Assembly: GCA_965267185.1 (NCBI GenBank)
Contig: OZ253937.1
Span: 720,909 to 784,908, forward strand
Direction: 5' to 3'
Source of the DNA: Alphaproteobacteria bacterium
GTDB taxonomy: Bacteria > Pseudomonadota > Alphaproteobacteria > UBA6615
DNA length: 64,000 nt
A program made the position numbers and the translations under genes. How positions within the stretch are numbered: the first letter of the stretch is position 1; each line of letters opens with the position of its first letter. This document shows, piece by piece, positions 50,721-59,441 of the stretch. Below the pieces are notes generated by a model that saw only the letters and a list, made by a program, of their open reading frames with translations, made no database searches and was not told the DNA's origin.

Positions 50721-50984
50721 GTGAGCGATAAACCGGCCGACGAGCGCACCTGGTGGCTCGACCGCAAGGAGAATGTGAGCAAGATCGCGTACACGCTCTA
50801 CGCGGTTTGCGCGGTTGTGCTCCTCGCAGATCTGGTTGCCCGCAGCAAGTTTGAGAACGAAATCGACGCGGTGCCGTTCTTCTACGGGGTCTATGGTTTT
50901 GTTGGCAGCGTGTTCTTGGTTTTGGCGTCGAAGGAGATTTTGCGCCGGTTGGTGAAGCGGTCCGAGGACTATTACGATGATTGA
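50721..50984 (+). CDS. small 2-TM membrane protein inserted between MrpD-like genes
   Basis: 87 aa (YTLYAVCAVVLLADLV..., VPFFYGVYGFVGSVFLVLA). Its stop overlaps the next start (ATGATTGA). Confidence 0.55.
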   Translation: MSDKPADERTWWLDRKENVSKIAYTLYAVCAVVLLADLVARSKFENEIDAVPFFYGVYGFVGSVFLVLASKEILRRLVKRSEDYYDD

Positions 50985-52665
50985 GTTCCCGCCAGGCCTC
51001 ATTCTCGTGTTCGGCGCCCTTTTGGTGCCGGTGCTGCGCGGCCCGTTGCGCGCGGCGTGGATGATCGCGCTGCCGATTGCCGGGTTCGTACTGCTGTATA
51101 TGCTGCCTGAGGGCAACCTGATGCCGATGTCAGCATTCGGTCAGGAGCTTGAACTGCTGCGCGTCGACCGGCTGTCGCGGGTCTTCGGCTACGTCTTTTT
51201 CATCGCCTCGCTGCTCGGGGTGATCTACGCGCTGCATGTGCGCGCGGCGGGCGAGCAGGCGGCCTCGCTGGTCTATGCCGGCGCGGCCATCGGCGCGGTG
51301 ACCGCCGGTGATTTGATCTCTCTGTTCGTTTATTGGGAACTCACGGCAGTCGCGTCGGTGTTTCTCATTCTGGCCCGGCGCACGCCGGAGGCGCGCGCGG
51401 CGGCGATGCGCTATCTCATCGTTCAGGTCGGATCCGGCGTCTTGTTGCTCGCCGGTTTGATCGTGCGCTGGCACGAAACCGGATCGGTCGACTTCAGCCA
51501 TATCGGCCTCGACGGGTCGGGCGGCCTGCTGATTTTCATTGCCTTCGGCATCAAATGCGCGTTCCCGTTGCTCCACAACTGGCTGCAGGATTCCTACCCG
51601 CAAGCGACCGTGACCGGTACGGTGATCTTGTCGGCATTCACGACCAAGCTCGCGGTCTACGCACTTGCGCGCGGTTTCGCCGGGACGGAACAGTTGATCT
51701 GGATCGGCGCGATTATGACCGCGTTCCCGATCTTCTATGCGGTGATCGAGAACGATCTGCGCCGGGTGCTTGCCTACAGTCTCAACAACCAGCTGGGCTT
51801 TATGGTGGTCGGTGTCGGTATCGGCACTGAGCTTGCGCTCAACGGCACCGCCGCGCACGCCTTCACTCACATCATCTATAAGGCGCTGCTGTTCATGTCG
51901 GTGGGCGCGGTGCTGCATCGTACCGGCACGGCGCTAGGCACGGAGTTGGGTGGCCTCTATAAGTCGATGCCGTTCACCACCGGCTTTTGCATTATCGGCG
52001 CGGCGTCGATCTCGGCGTTTCCGTTATTCAGCGGTTTCATCAGTAAGTCGATGATCTTGTCGGCTGCCGCCCACGAAGGCCACAACATCGTCTGGTTGGT
52101 GCTGGTGTTCGCCTCGGCCGGTGTGTTCCACCATTCGGGCATCAAGATACCGTTCTTTGCCTTCTTCGCGCACGATTCCGGCAAAAGGGTGAAAGAAGCA
52201 CCGTGGAATATGCTGGTGGCGATGGCAATTGCCGCTGCCTTGTGCATTGGCATCGGTGTGTTCCCCTCGGCGCTCTACAGCATTTTGCCGTTCCCGGTTA
52301 CTTACGTGCCTTACACGGAGTCCCACGTTCTGGCGCAGTTGCAGCTCCTGTTGTTCTCCGCGCTGGCGTTCACCGTGCTGATGCGCACCGGCATCTACCC
52401 GCCGGAATTGCGCTCGACCAACCTGGATACCGACTGGTTCTACCGGCGTTTCGGGCGGTTTGTGCAACGCGTTGCCTACCCGATCGGCAGCGAGACCTAT
52501 ACCGGTGTGCGGCGCATCGCGGTGCGCCGGATCGAGCGCTTCGTCGGCCAGCTCTACCGCCACCATGGACCGCAGGGCGTTCTCGCGCGCACCTGGCCGA
52601 CCGGCAGCATGGTGCTCTGGGTGGCGATTCTGCTTGCGGGCTACCTGCTGCTCTACTTCTTCTGA
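50977..52665 (+). CDS. MrpA N-terminal-like/MrpD-family antiporter subunit, paralog 3, with a C-terminal extension
   Basis: 562 aa; antiporter-like core plus about 90 extra C-terminal residues ending in a TM helix. Confidence 0.8.
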   Translation: MIEFPPGLILVFGALLVPVLRGPLRAAWMIALPIAGFVLLYMLPEGNLMPMSAFGQELELLRVDRLSRVFGYVFFIASLLGVIYALHVRAAGEQAASLVYAGAAIGAVTAGDLISLFVYWELTAVASVFLILARRTPEARAAAMRYLIVQVGSGVLLLAGLIVRWHETGSVDFSHIGLDGSGGLLIFIAFGIKCAFPLLHNWLQDSYPQATVTGTVILSAFTTKLAVYALARGFAGTEQLIWIGAIMTAFPIFYAVIENDLRRVLAYSLNNQLGFMVVGVGIGTELALNGTAAHAFTHIIYKALLFMSVGAVLHRTGTALGTELGGLYKSMPFTTGFCIIGAASISAFPLFSGFISKSMILSAAAHEGHNIVWLVLVFASAGVFHHSGIKIPFFAFFAHDSGKRVKEAPWNMLVAMAIAAALCIGIGVFPSALYSILPFPVTYVPYTESHVLAQLQLLLFSALAFTVLMRTGIYPPELRSTNLDTDWFYRRFGRFVQRVAYPIGSETYTGVRRIAVRRIERFVGQLYRHHGPQGVLARTWPTGSMVLWVAILLAGYLLLYFF

Positions 52666-52785
52666 TCCGTCAAAAGGACGAGCCCGGCGGGGGTGTCCGT
52701 CCGGCTCGAAAGAGCTACTTTGGGGACACAAATCGACGGTTTAGACGTCGATACGAAGATTAGTAGAAGCTGACAGGGGAAGAGA

Positions 52786-53814
52786 ATGACCCGAGTAAAC
52801 TGGATATGGCGCATGGCGGTTGCCATGCTCGCGGTGACGACGATGTTCGTCGCCGGCACCCACATGGCCACCGCCGCCGACAAGGTAAAACTGGGTGCGC
52901 TGCGGTTCACCTCGCATTCGGGCGCGTTCGTTGCGCACGAAAAAGGATACTTCACGGAGGAAGGGCTCGAAGTTGAACTGGTGTTCTTCCAGGCCGCCGC
53001 GCCGATGGCCGTCGCGATCGCCTCCGGCGATATCGACTATGCGGTCACCGCCATTTCGGGCGGCCTGATCAATCTCGCCGAGAAAGGCGCGATCAAGATC
53101 ATCGGCGGCGCTTTGGTGGAAGAAAAGGGCGTCGACGGTCAGAAGATACTGGTCTCCAACGCGGCCTTCGAGGCCGGCGTCACATCGCCGGCGAAACTGG
53201 CGGGCCGTTCTTTCGGCATCACCCAGACCGGATCATCGTTCCACTACATGATCTCGCAGATCGCGGCAAAGGAAGGCTTTGCGACCGACGATGTGAGCCT
53301 GAAGCCCTTGCAAAAAGTCGGCGCGATTATCGGCGCGCTGAAATCCGGCCAGATCGATAGCTGGACCATCGTTCCTCATATCGCGAAGGGGCTCGACGGA
53401 TCGGGTGGCGCCAAGATTATCGGCAACGTCGCCGACTATATCGATGAGTATCAGGTGACGACGATCTTCACCTCGACCAAGAATGCGACCGAGAAGCGCG
53501 ATCTCACCCGGCGCTTCTTGCGCGCCTACTCGAAGGGGATCGCCGATTTCAACGCCAACATGATCGACAAGACCAAAGGCGATGAGGGCGTCGAAGAGAC
53601 GACCAAGCTGATCCACAAATACGTCTATGTGGAGCGGCCGTTCGAAAAGGCCGCGCCGCCGATCAAGGCAGGCTCCATGCGCCTGCAGCCGAACGGCAAG
53701 TTGAACCTGAGCTCGGTGAAGCACCAGCTCGAATGGTTCCAGGCCGAGGGGCTGGTGAGCAAAGACATCAAGCTCGAGCAACTGGTCGATTCAAGTTACG
53801 TCGAAACCTACTGA
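52786..53814 (+). CDS. ABC transporter substrate-binding protein (NitT/TauT, NMT1-like)
   Basis: Signal peptide VAMLAVTTMFVAGTHMATAA; SsuA/NMT1-like fold. Confidence 0.8.
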   Translation: MTRVNWIWRMAVAMLAVTTMFVAGTHMATAADKVKLGALRFTSHSGAFVAHEKGYFTEEGLEVELVFFQAAAPMAVAIASGDIDYAVTAISGGLINLAEKGAIKIIGGALVEEKGVDGQKILVSNAAFEAGVTSPAKLAGRSFGITQTGSSFHYMISQIAAKEGFATDDVSLKPLQKVGAIIGALKSGQIDSWTIVPHIAKGLDGSGGAKIIGNVADYIDEYQVTTIFTSTKNATEKRDLTRRFLRAYSKGIADFNANMIDKTKGDEGVEETTKLIHKYVYVERPFEKAAPPIKAGSMRLQPNGKLNLSSVKHQLEWFQAEGLVSKDIKLEQLVDSSYVETY

Positions 53815-53841
53815 CGGTGCTGCATAGAGTGCGATGCAAAT

Positions 53842-53967
53842 ACCCTCTCCCATAGGGAGAGGGTGGCGAGCGAATGCGAGCCGGGTGAGGGGTTACAAAC
53901 GATTGCGAGTTTCCTCGGTGAAATTTAACCCCTCACCCCAAACCCCTCTCCCTATGGGAGAGGGGCT
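53842..53967 (-). repeat. REP/MITE-like nested palindromic element, copy 3 (reverse orientation, within the ABC operon)
   Basis: ACCCTCTCCC-ATA-GGGAGAGGGT ... CCGGGTGAGGGG ... CCCCTCACCCC ... CCCCTCTCCC-TAT-GGGAGAGGGG. Confidence 0.9.
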
Positions 53968-54052
53968 TATCCAAGCTCCTATCCGCGTGTCTGCGACCGC
54001 CGTTTAGCATCGTTAAGATGACGAACCGAACGAAGCTCTAGCGGGGACCCGC

Positions 54053-54820
54053 ATGGACCTTCACCTGGAAGGCATTACGCACCGCTATGGTGACATGCCG
54101 GTGCTCGACGGCATCGACCTCGAAATTGAAGGCGGCCAGATTGTCTGCGTAATCGGGCCGTCGGGCTGCGGCAAGTCCACGCTGTTGCGTTTTATCGGCG
54201 GACTCGAACAGCCCGATCGCGGCGAGGTGTTGCAGGTCGGCGAACCACCCGCAGAATCGCTCAATCCGCTCACCTATATTTTTCAGGATTTCGCGCTGCT
54301 GCCCTGGCGAACGGTCGAGGGCAACGTCAGCCTTGTGCTCGAAGACCATAATCTGGGCGCAGCTGAGGCTCGGCGCGTTATCGACGATGTTTTGGCGCGC
54401 ACAAAACTCGCGGATTTTAAGACCGCGTTTCCGCGTCAGCTCTCGGGCGGCATGAAGCAACGTGTCGCCATCGCCCGCGCGCTCGCGGTGAAACCAGCGG
54501 TGATGCTGATGGACGAACCGCTCTCGGGCCTCGATGCCCAGACCCGCGAGCTGCTGATGGACGATTTGGTGGGCCTGTGGGCGCGCGAGCGTTTTACCGC
54601 CGTTTACGTCACCCACAACCTCAATGAAGCGGTGCGGCTGGGCCACAAGATCGTCGTGCTGTCACGCCGGCCCGGGCGCATTCGCGAAGTCGTCGATATC
54701 GACACGCCCATCGAAGAGCGTGTTAACGGCGCGCCGAAGCTCGACGCCGTTCAAACCAAACTCTGGGACCTCTTGCGTGACGAGGCGGTCGCCGCAGATC
54801 GGGAGCTAAGCAATGGTTGA
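54053..54820 (+). CDS. ABC transporter ATP-binding protein (NitT/TauT family)
   Basis: GPSGCGKSTLL, LSGGMKQRVAIARAL, MLMDEPLSGLD. Confidence 0.9.
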   Translation: MDLHLEGITHRYGDMPVLDGIDLEIEGGQIVCVIGPSGCGKSTLLRFIGGLEQPDRGEVLQVGEPPAESLNPLTYIFQDFALLPWRTVEGNVSLVLEDHNLGAAEARRVIDDVLARTKLADFKTAFPRQLSGGMKQRVAIARALAVKPAVMLMDEPLSGLDAQTRELLMDDLVGLWARERFTAVYVTHNLNEAVRLGHKIVVLSRRPGRIREVVDIDTPIEERVNGAPKLDAVQTKLWDLLRDEAVAADRELSNG

Positions 54821-55616
54821 TATGACGACAGGAACCCGTCCGGTCGAATTCCGCGGCGGCGGATTCGCCCCCAAACCGATCCGCACCCTGGGGCCAGTGG
54901 TGTTCATCGTTCTGATTCTGTTGTGGGAAATTGGCTCGCGCACCGGCGTGATTTCCGCGCTTGTTCTGCCGGCGCCGAGCGAGGCCATAGCGGCGCTGCG
55001 CGATCTCTGGGTTTCCGGCGAACTATGGCTGCATCTCGGCGCTTCGCTGCAACGCCTGGTCCTTGGCTGGACGGCCGGTACGGTTCTGGGGATCGCGCTG
55101 GGGCTCTTGATCGGCTTGTTCTCGAGCGTCCGCTCAGGCGTTGCCCCCCTGGTTGCCGCGATCTTTCCCATCCCGAAAATCGCGCTCTTGCCGCTGTTCA
55201 TTATCTGGTTCGGGATCGGTGAGGAATCCAAAGTGGCCCTCATCCTGTTCGGCACCTTTTTCCCCACCGTGATTTTCACCTATGGCGGAGTCGATGCCGT
55301 GGACCGCGGCTTGATTCGCATGGGCCAGTCTTTCGGCCTCAGCTGGTCGTCGATTGTCCGTAAAATCATTCTGCCCGGCGCGCTGCCGGCGATCCTGTCG
55401 GGGATGCGGGTATCGTCGGCGATCGCGATCATTCTCATTGTTGCCGCGGAACTTATCGCCGCCGAGAAGGGGATCGGCGCCTACGTGCAAGCCGCCGGGT
55501 CGCTGTTCGCGACCGACCAGCTCATCGCCGGCGTCGCCATTCTTTCCATTCTCGGCCTCACCGTGAATTGGCTCATCGGTAAGGCCGAGAAGTTCTTTCT
55601 CCGCTGGCGCGCCTAG
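54813..55616 (+). CDS. ABC transporter permease (NitT/TauT family)
   Basis: BPD_transp_1-type permease; overlaps the ATPase stop. Confidence 0.85.
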   Translation: MVDMTTGTRPVEFRGGGFAPKPIRTLGPVVFIVLILLWEIGSRTGVISALVLPAPSEAIAALRDLWVSGELWLHLGASLQRLVLGWTAGTVLGIALGLLIGLFSSVRSGVAPLVAAIFPIPKIALLPLFIIWFGIGEESKVALILFGTFFPTVIFTYGGVDAVDRGLIRMGQSFGLSWSSIVRKIILPGALPAILSGMRVSSAIAIILIVAAELIAAEKGIGAYVQAAGSLFATDQLIAGVAILSILGLTVNWLIGKAEKFFLRWRA

Positions 55617-56044
55617 TTTTGCGCCGTGTCCTGCGGCGGCGGCATGCCTTCGAATGCGGGCAGGGCGGGGTCCATATGATCCCAGGAGGCCGCGCGCTTG
55701 GTGTAGACCACGACTTGTGGCTTGAAGACTTCCGGGTCGTCCAGGCTGGAGGCCCGGGGGAACGCCAGATCGGGCATGCCCGAGTTGGTCGAATAGATTG
55801 CCGAGCCGCAGGTGGGACAGAACCCGCGGCTGACCATATTGCCGCTGTCGGTGGGCGCGTCGAAGAATTTCAACTCGCCGGTGACCGAGAGCGCCGCTTT
55901 CGGAATGCCGATATGAGAGCCGTGGCCGGTGCCGCTGGTTTTGCGGCAATGTTCACAATGGCAGTGCCCGGCGATAACGGGTTCGGCACTACTTTCATAC
56001 TTCACGGCGCCGCACAGGCAGCCGCCGGTAAAGACCGCGTTCAT
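55613..56044 (-). CDS. GFA family protein (glutathione-dependent formaldehyde-activating enzyme-like)
   Basis: CLCGAVKYES...CHCEHCRK...CPTCGS zinc motifs. Start at ATG 56044, preceded by a GGGAGA RBS. Confidence 0.8.
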   Translation of the reverse strand: MNAVFTGGCLCGAVKYESSAEPVIAGHCHCEHCRKTSGTGHGSHIGIPKAALSVTGELKFFDAPTDSGNMVSRGFCPTCGSAIYSTNSGMPDLAFPRASSLDDPEVFKPQVVVYTKRAASWDHMDPALPAFEGMPPPQDTAQN

Positions 56045-56125
56045 TTTTGTCTCCCAATATGTTACTTGCATTAGACAAGTGACACGTTAATTTACTCAAT
56101 TGCGAATTGCAAGTGACTTTTCGAT

Positions 56126-56494
56126 ATGACTGAAATCATCCTGACACCGGAGCGGTCTGGCTGCCCCATCGCCAGCACCCTCGATCTGGTCGGCGATAAG
56201 TGGTCGCTCGTCATCATCCGAGACATGCTGGTGGGCGCGAGGCGGTTCGGCGACTTCATGGCGTCGCCGGAAGGCATCAAGACCAATATTCTCACCAACC
56301 GCTTGCGGCGCATGGAGGAGGCGGGCCTTATCGAGCGACAGGCTTACCAAACCCGTCCGCCGCGTTTCGAGTATCTGCTCACCGAGCGTGGCGAGGCGCT
56401 GTTGCCGGTGTTGCAGGAGATGTGCCGCTGGGCCAATGCGCATATCGACGACACCTGGCTCCCGCCTGAGAGTTTCATGCAGCGGCAGGTTTAG
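56126..56494 (+). CDS. HxlR family transcriptional regulator
   Basis: CPIASTLDLVGDKWSLVIIRDML...FGDF (HxlR wHTH); divergent from the GFA gene. Confidence 0.85.
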   Translation: MTEIILTPERSGCPIASTLDLVGDKWSLVIIRDMLVGARRFGDFMASPEGIKTNILTNRLRRMEEAGLIERQAYQTRPPRFEYLLTERGEALLPVLQEMCRWANAHIDDTWLPPESFMQRQV

Positions 56495-56528
56495 AGCGCC
56501 GCGGACCGGGTGATACTTGCTGATTTGT

Positions 56529-56634
56529 CACCCCCACCCCGGCCCTCCCCCATCAAGGGGGAGGGAGTTGGCGCGATGGTCGGCGCTCGGTCTGAAGTCC
56601 TCCCCCCTTGTGGGGGAGGATTTAGGTGGGGGGT
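56529..56634. repeat. C-rich palindromic element, an architectural variant of the REP-like family
   Basis: CACCCCCACCCC...CCCTCCCCC-ATCAA-GGGGGAGGG...TCCTCCCCCC-TTGT-GGGGGAGGA...GGTGGGGGGT. Confidence 0.7.
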
Positions 56635-56766
56635 CTAGCAACGTTAACCAACCGTCCTCAGCGAAGCGGCGATGGCAGTATTTGTTGTAAGTCACCGCTG
56701 GCTTTTGCCGTCAGATAGGTTAAATGCTTGCGCGGGCAGTGGTATGCGGGGCAGTAGGGTTTAGCA

Positions 56767-58632
56767 GTGCAGTCCATGGGCGACACCGATAGGACGGCGG
56801 AATCGGGCCGTGAGCGGCGCGCGATACGCGCGCTGATGCCTTACCTGTGGCCGCGCGGCCAATGGGAGATGAAGATCCGCGTCGTCATCGCGGTGGTGCT
56901 GCTGGTGGCCGCAAAAGTGGCGATTGTGGCCGTACCCCTGGTGTTCGGCGCGGTTGTCGATGCGCTCGACCAGCCGGTGGAAAACGTTATCGCGGTGCCG
57001 CTGGCTCTGTTGATTGGCTACGGGCTGTTGCGGGTCGGCTCGCAGGCGTTTGCCGAGTTGCGCGATTTCGTCTTCGCCAAGGTGGGCCAGCGAGCGATCC
57101 GCACCGTTGCGCTCAAAGTCTTTCGCCATCTTCACGCGCTGGCGCTGCGCTTTCACCTCGACCGGCAGACCGGTGGGCTCAGCCGGGCCATCGAGCGCGG
57201 CATCAAGGGCATCGATTTCCTGCTGCGCTTCATGCTGTTCAACATTCTGCCGACGCTGGTCGAAATCACCCTGGTTTGCGGCATTTTGTGGTCTCGTTTC
57301 GGCGTTCTGTTCAGCGTCATCACGCTCATCGCGGTCGCGATTTATATCGCGTTCACGCTGCTGTTCACCGAATGGCGGCTGAAGTACCGCCGCGCCATGA
57401 ACGAAAGCGACAGCGAGGCCAACACCAAGGCGATCGACAGTCTGCTCAACTTCGAGACGGTTAAGTATTTCGGCAACGAAGAGCACGAGGCGCAGCGCTA
57501 CGACCAATCGATGCAGCGCTACGAGGGCGCGGCGGTTAAAAGCCTGACGACGTTGTCGATGCTCAATATCGGTCAGGGCCTGATCATCGCCTCGGCGATG
57601 ACGCTCCTACTTGTGCTGAGCGGTTTCCGGGTCGCAGACGGGTCGATGTCGATCGGCGATTTCGCCGCCGTCAATCTTCTCACCATGCAGCTCTTCCTGC
57701 CGCTGAACTTCCTCGGTTTCGTCTATCGCGAGATCCGCCAATCGTTGGTCGACATGGAGAACATGTTCGGATTGCTCGATGTAGGGCGGGAAATCTCCGA
57801 TACGCCCGACGCCAAACCGCTCGCCGTGAGCGATGGCAAAGTGCGCTTCGAGAACGTTTCGTTCGCCTACGATCAGCGGCGGCCGATCCTGCAAGGCCTC
57901 GATTTCGAAGTGCCGGCGGGACACAAAGTCGCCATCGTCGGCGCGTCGGGCGCCGGCAAGTCGACGATCTCGCGCCTGCTGTTCCGTTTCTACGACATCG
58001 ACGAAGGCCGCATCGCTATCGACGGGCAGGATATCCGCGACGTTACCCAGGCGAGCCTGCGCGCCGCGATTGGGATCGTCCCTCAAGATACGGTGCTATT
58101 TAACGACACGATTTTCTACAACATCCAGTATGGCCGCCCGAGCGCCACACCGTCGGAAGTGGAGGACGCGGCTCGCCTGGCGCAAATCCACGATTTCGTT
58201 ATGGAACAGCCGGACGGCTACAACACGAAGGTCGGCGAGCGCGGCTTGAAGCTGTCAGGCGGTGAAAAGCAACGGGTGGCGATCGCGCGAACCATCCTCA
58301 AGCAACCGCAGATATTGTTGTTCGATGAGGCGACCTCGGCGCTCGATACCCATACCGAGCGCGAAATCCAGAAATCCCTCGACGCGGTGTCGGCCAACCG
58401 CACGACCCTGGTGATCGCGCACCGGCTGTCGACAGTGGTCAATGCCGACGAGATTATCGTGCTCGATGAGGGCCGCATCATCGAGCGGGGGCGCCACAGT
58501 GAGCTACTGGCGCAAGGCGGTGCCTATGCCGCGCTGTGGACGCGCCAGCAGGCTGCCGCCCGGCGCGGTGAAGACGAAGCCGCCGAAGACGAGATCGGTC
58601 AAGGCCTAGGCGCACCCGCTCCGGCGAAGTAA
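56767..58632 (+). CDS. ABC transporter permease/ATP-binding fusion protein (ABCB, Atm1/HMT-like exporter)
   Basis: 6-TM domain plus NBD: GASGAGKST, LSGGEKQRVAIAR, LLFDEATSALD. Start is GTG 56767 or ATG 56776. Confidence 0.88.
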   Translation: MQSMGDTDRTAESGRERRAIRALMPYLWPRGQWEMKIRVVIAVVLLVAAKVAIVAVPLVFGAVVDALDQPVENVIAVPLALLIGYGLLRVGSQAFAELRDFVFAKVGQRAIRTVALKVFRHLHALALRFHLDRQTGGLSRAIERGIKGIDFLLRFMLFNILPTLVEITLVCGILWSRFGVLFSVITLIAVAIYIAFTLLFTEWRLKYRRAMNESDSEANTKAIDSLLNFETVKYFGNEEHEAQRYDQSMQRYEGAAVKSLTTLSMLNIGQGLIIASAMTLLLVLSGFRVADGSMSIGDFAAVNLLTMQLFLPLNFLGFVYREIRQSLVDMENMFGLLDVGREISDTPDAKPLAVSDGKVRFENVSFAYDQRRPILQGLDFEVPAGHKVAIVGASGAGKSTISRLLFRFYDIDEGRIAIDGQDIRDVTQASLRAAIGIVPQDTVLFNDTIFYNIQYGRPSATPSEVEDAARLAQIHDFVMEQPDGYNTKVGERGLKLSGGEKQRVAIARTILKQPQILLFDEATSALDTHTEREIQKSLDAVSANRTTLVIAHRLSTVVNADEIIVLDEGRIIERGRHSELLAQGGAYAALWTRQQAAARRGEDEAAEDEIGQGLGAPAPAK

Positions 58633-58707
58633 CGGTTTCTCCTGTTACGAGTTGTAGTGCTGATATAGTTCAACCCTCTGGATGTAACTGAGGGGAAGCT
58701 ATCCGCC

Positions 58708-59421
58708 ATGCTCGATTTACCGAGTTTCCGCAACGAAACCCGTTACGGCATGCCCGCCGCCGATCAAATCATGTTCAATCGATTTTTCGTCGTCGGTTAT
58801 TCCTACTATTTCCGGCAAGCCAAATGGACGCTGGAGATCGTCGATCCGGATACCGGTGTTGAGCGGCACGATAACTTCCGGCCTGACTTTCGGGTGCCGC
58901 CCATGTTCCGCGCCGACCTCGTAGACTTCGAAGGATCCGGATTCGACCGCGGACATTTGGTGGCCAGTGCAAACCAGCGAGAATTGTTGGTGCAAAACAG
59001 TGAAACCTTTCTGCTGAGCAATATGTCACCACAGGTGCCGGGCCTTAACCGAAGGGGCTGGCGCAAGCTGGAAGAGGCCGTTCGCGCCTTGCAGAACAAG
59101 CCCAAGATTTACGAGACCTACGTTGTTAGCGGGCCGATGTTCTATTTTGATCAGGCGGTCGAGGTGATTGGCGCGAGCGACGATAACGAGGTGTCGATCC
59201 CGGTGCCGCACGCGTTTTTTAAGTCGGTACTTGCCGAAAATGACAAGGGCAAGCTGCACATGTGGTCGTTCATTCTGCCCAACAAGGGATCGAACGCGGA
59301 TATTGCCGATTTCCGTGTTCCGACCATCGAGGTTGAACGCAAGGCTGGTATCGAACTCTGGCACGAACTGGGTGGTAAAGAGATTCTGAGAGAAAAATCC
59401 CGTGTCCGGGCGATGTGGTAG
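58708..59421 (+). CDS. DNA/RNA non-specific endonuclease (Serratia/NucA beta-beta-alpha-Me family), no signal peptide
   Basis: FDRGHLVASAN catalytic motif, SNMSPQ Mg-ligand motif; about 53% GC. Confidence 0.8.
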   Translation: MLDLPSFRNETRYGMPAADQIMFNRFFVVGYSYYFRQAKWTLEIVDPDTGVERHDNFRPDFRVPPMFRADLVDFEGSGFDRGHLVASANQRELLVQNSETFLLSNMSPQVPGLNRRGWRKLEEAVRALQNKPKIYETYVVSGPMFYFDQAVEVIGASDDNEVSIPVPHAFFKSVLAENDKGKLHMWSFILPNKGSNADIADFRVPTIEVERKAGIELWHELGGKEILREKSRVRAMW

Positions 59422-59441
59422 CGCTTATAGAACTCGCCGGT

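Noticed and set aside
52666-52720. Intrinsic terminator after the Mrp-like operon
   Set aside because: A GC-rich imperfect hairpin (GAGCCCGGCGGG...CCGTCCGGCTC) exists, but it has several mismatches and no U-tract. It is too weak to call.
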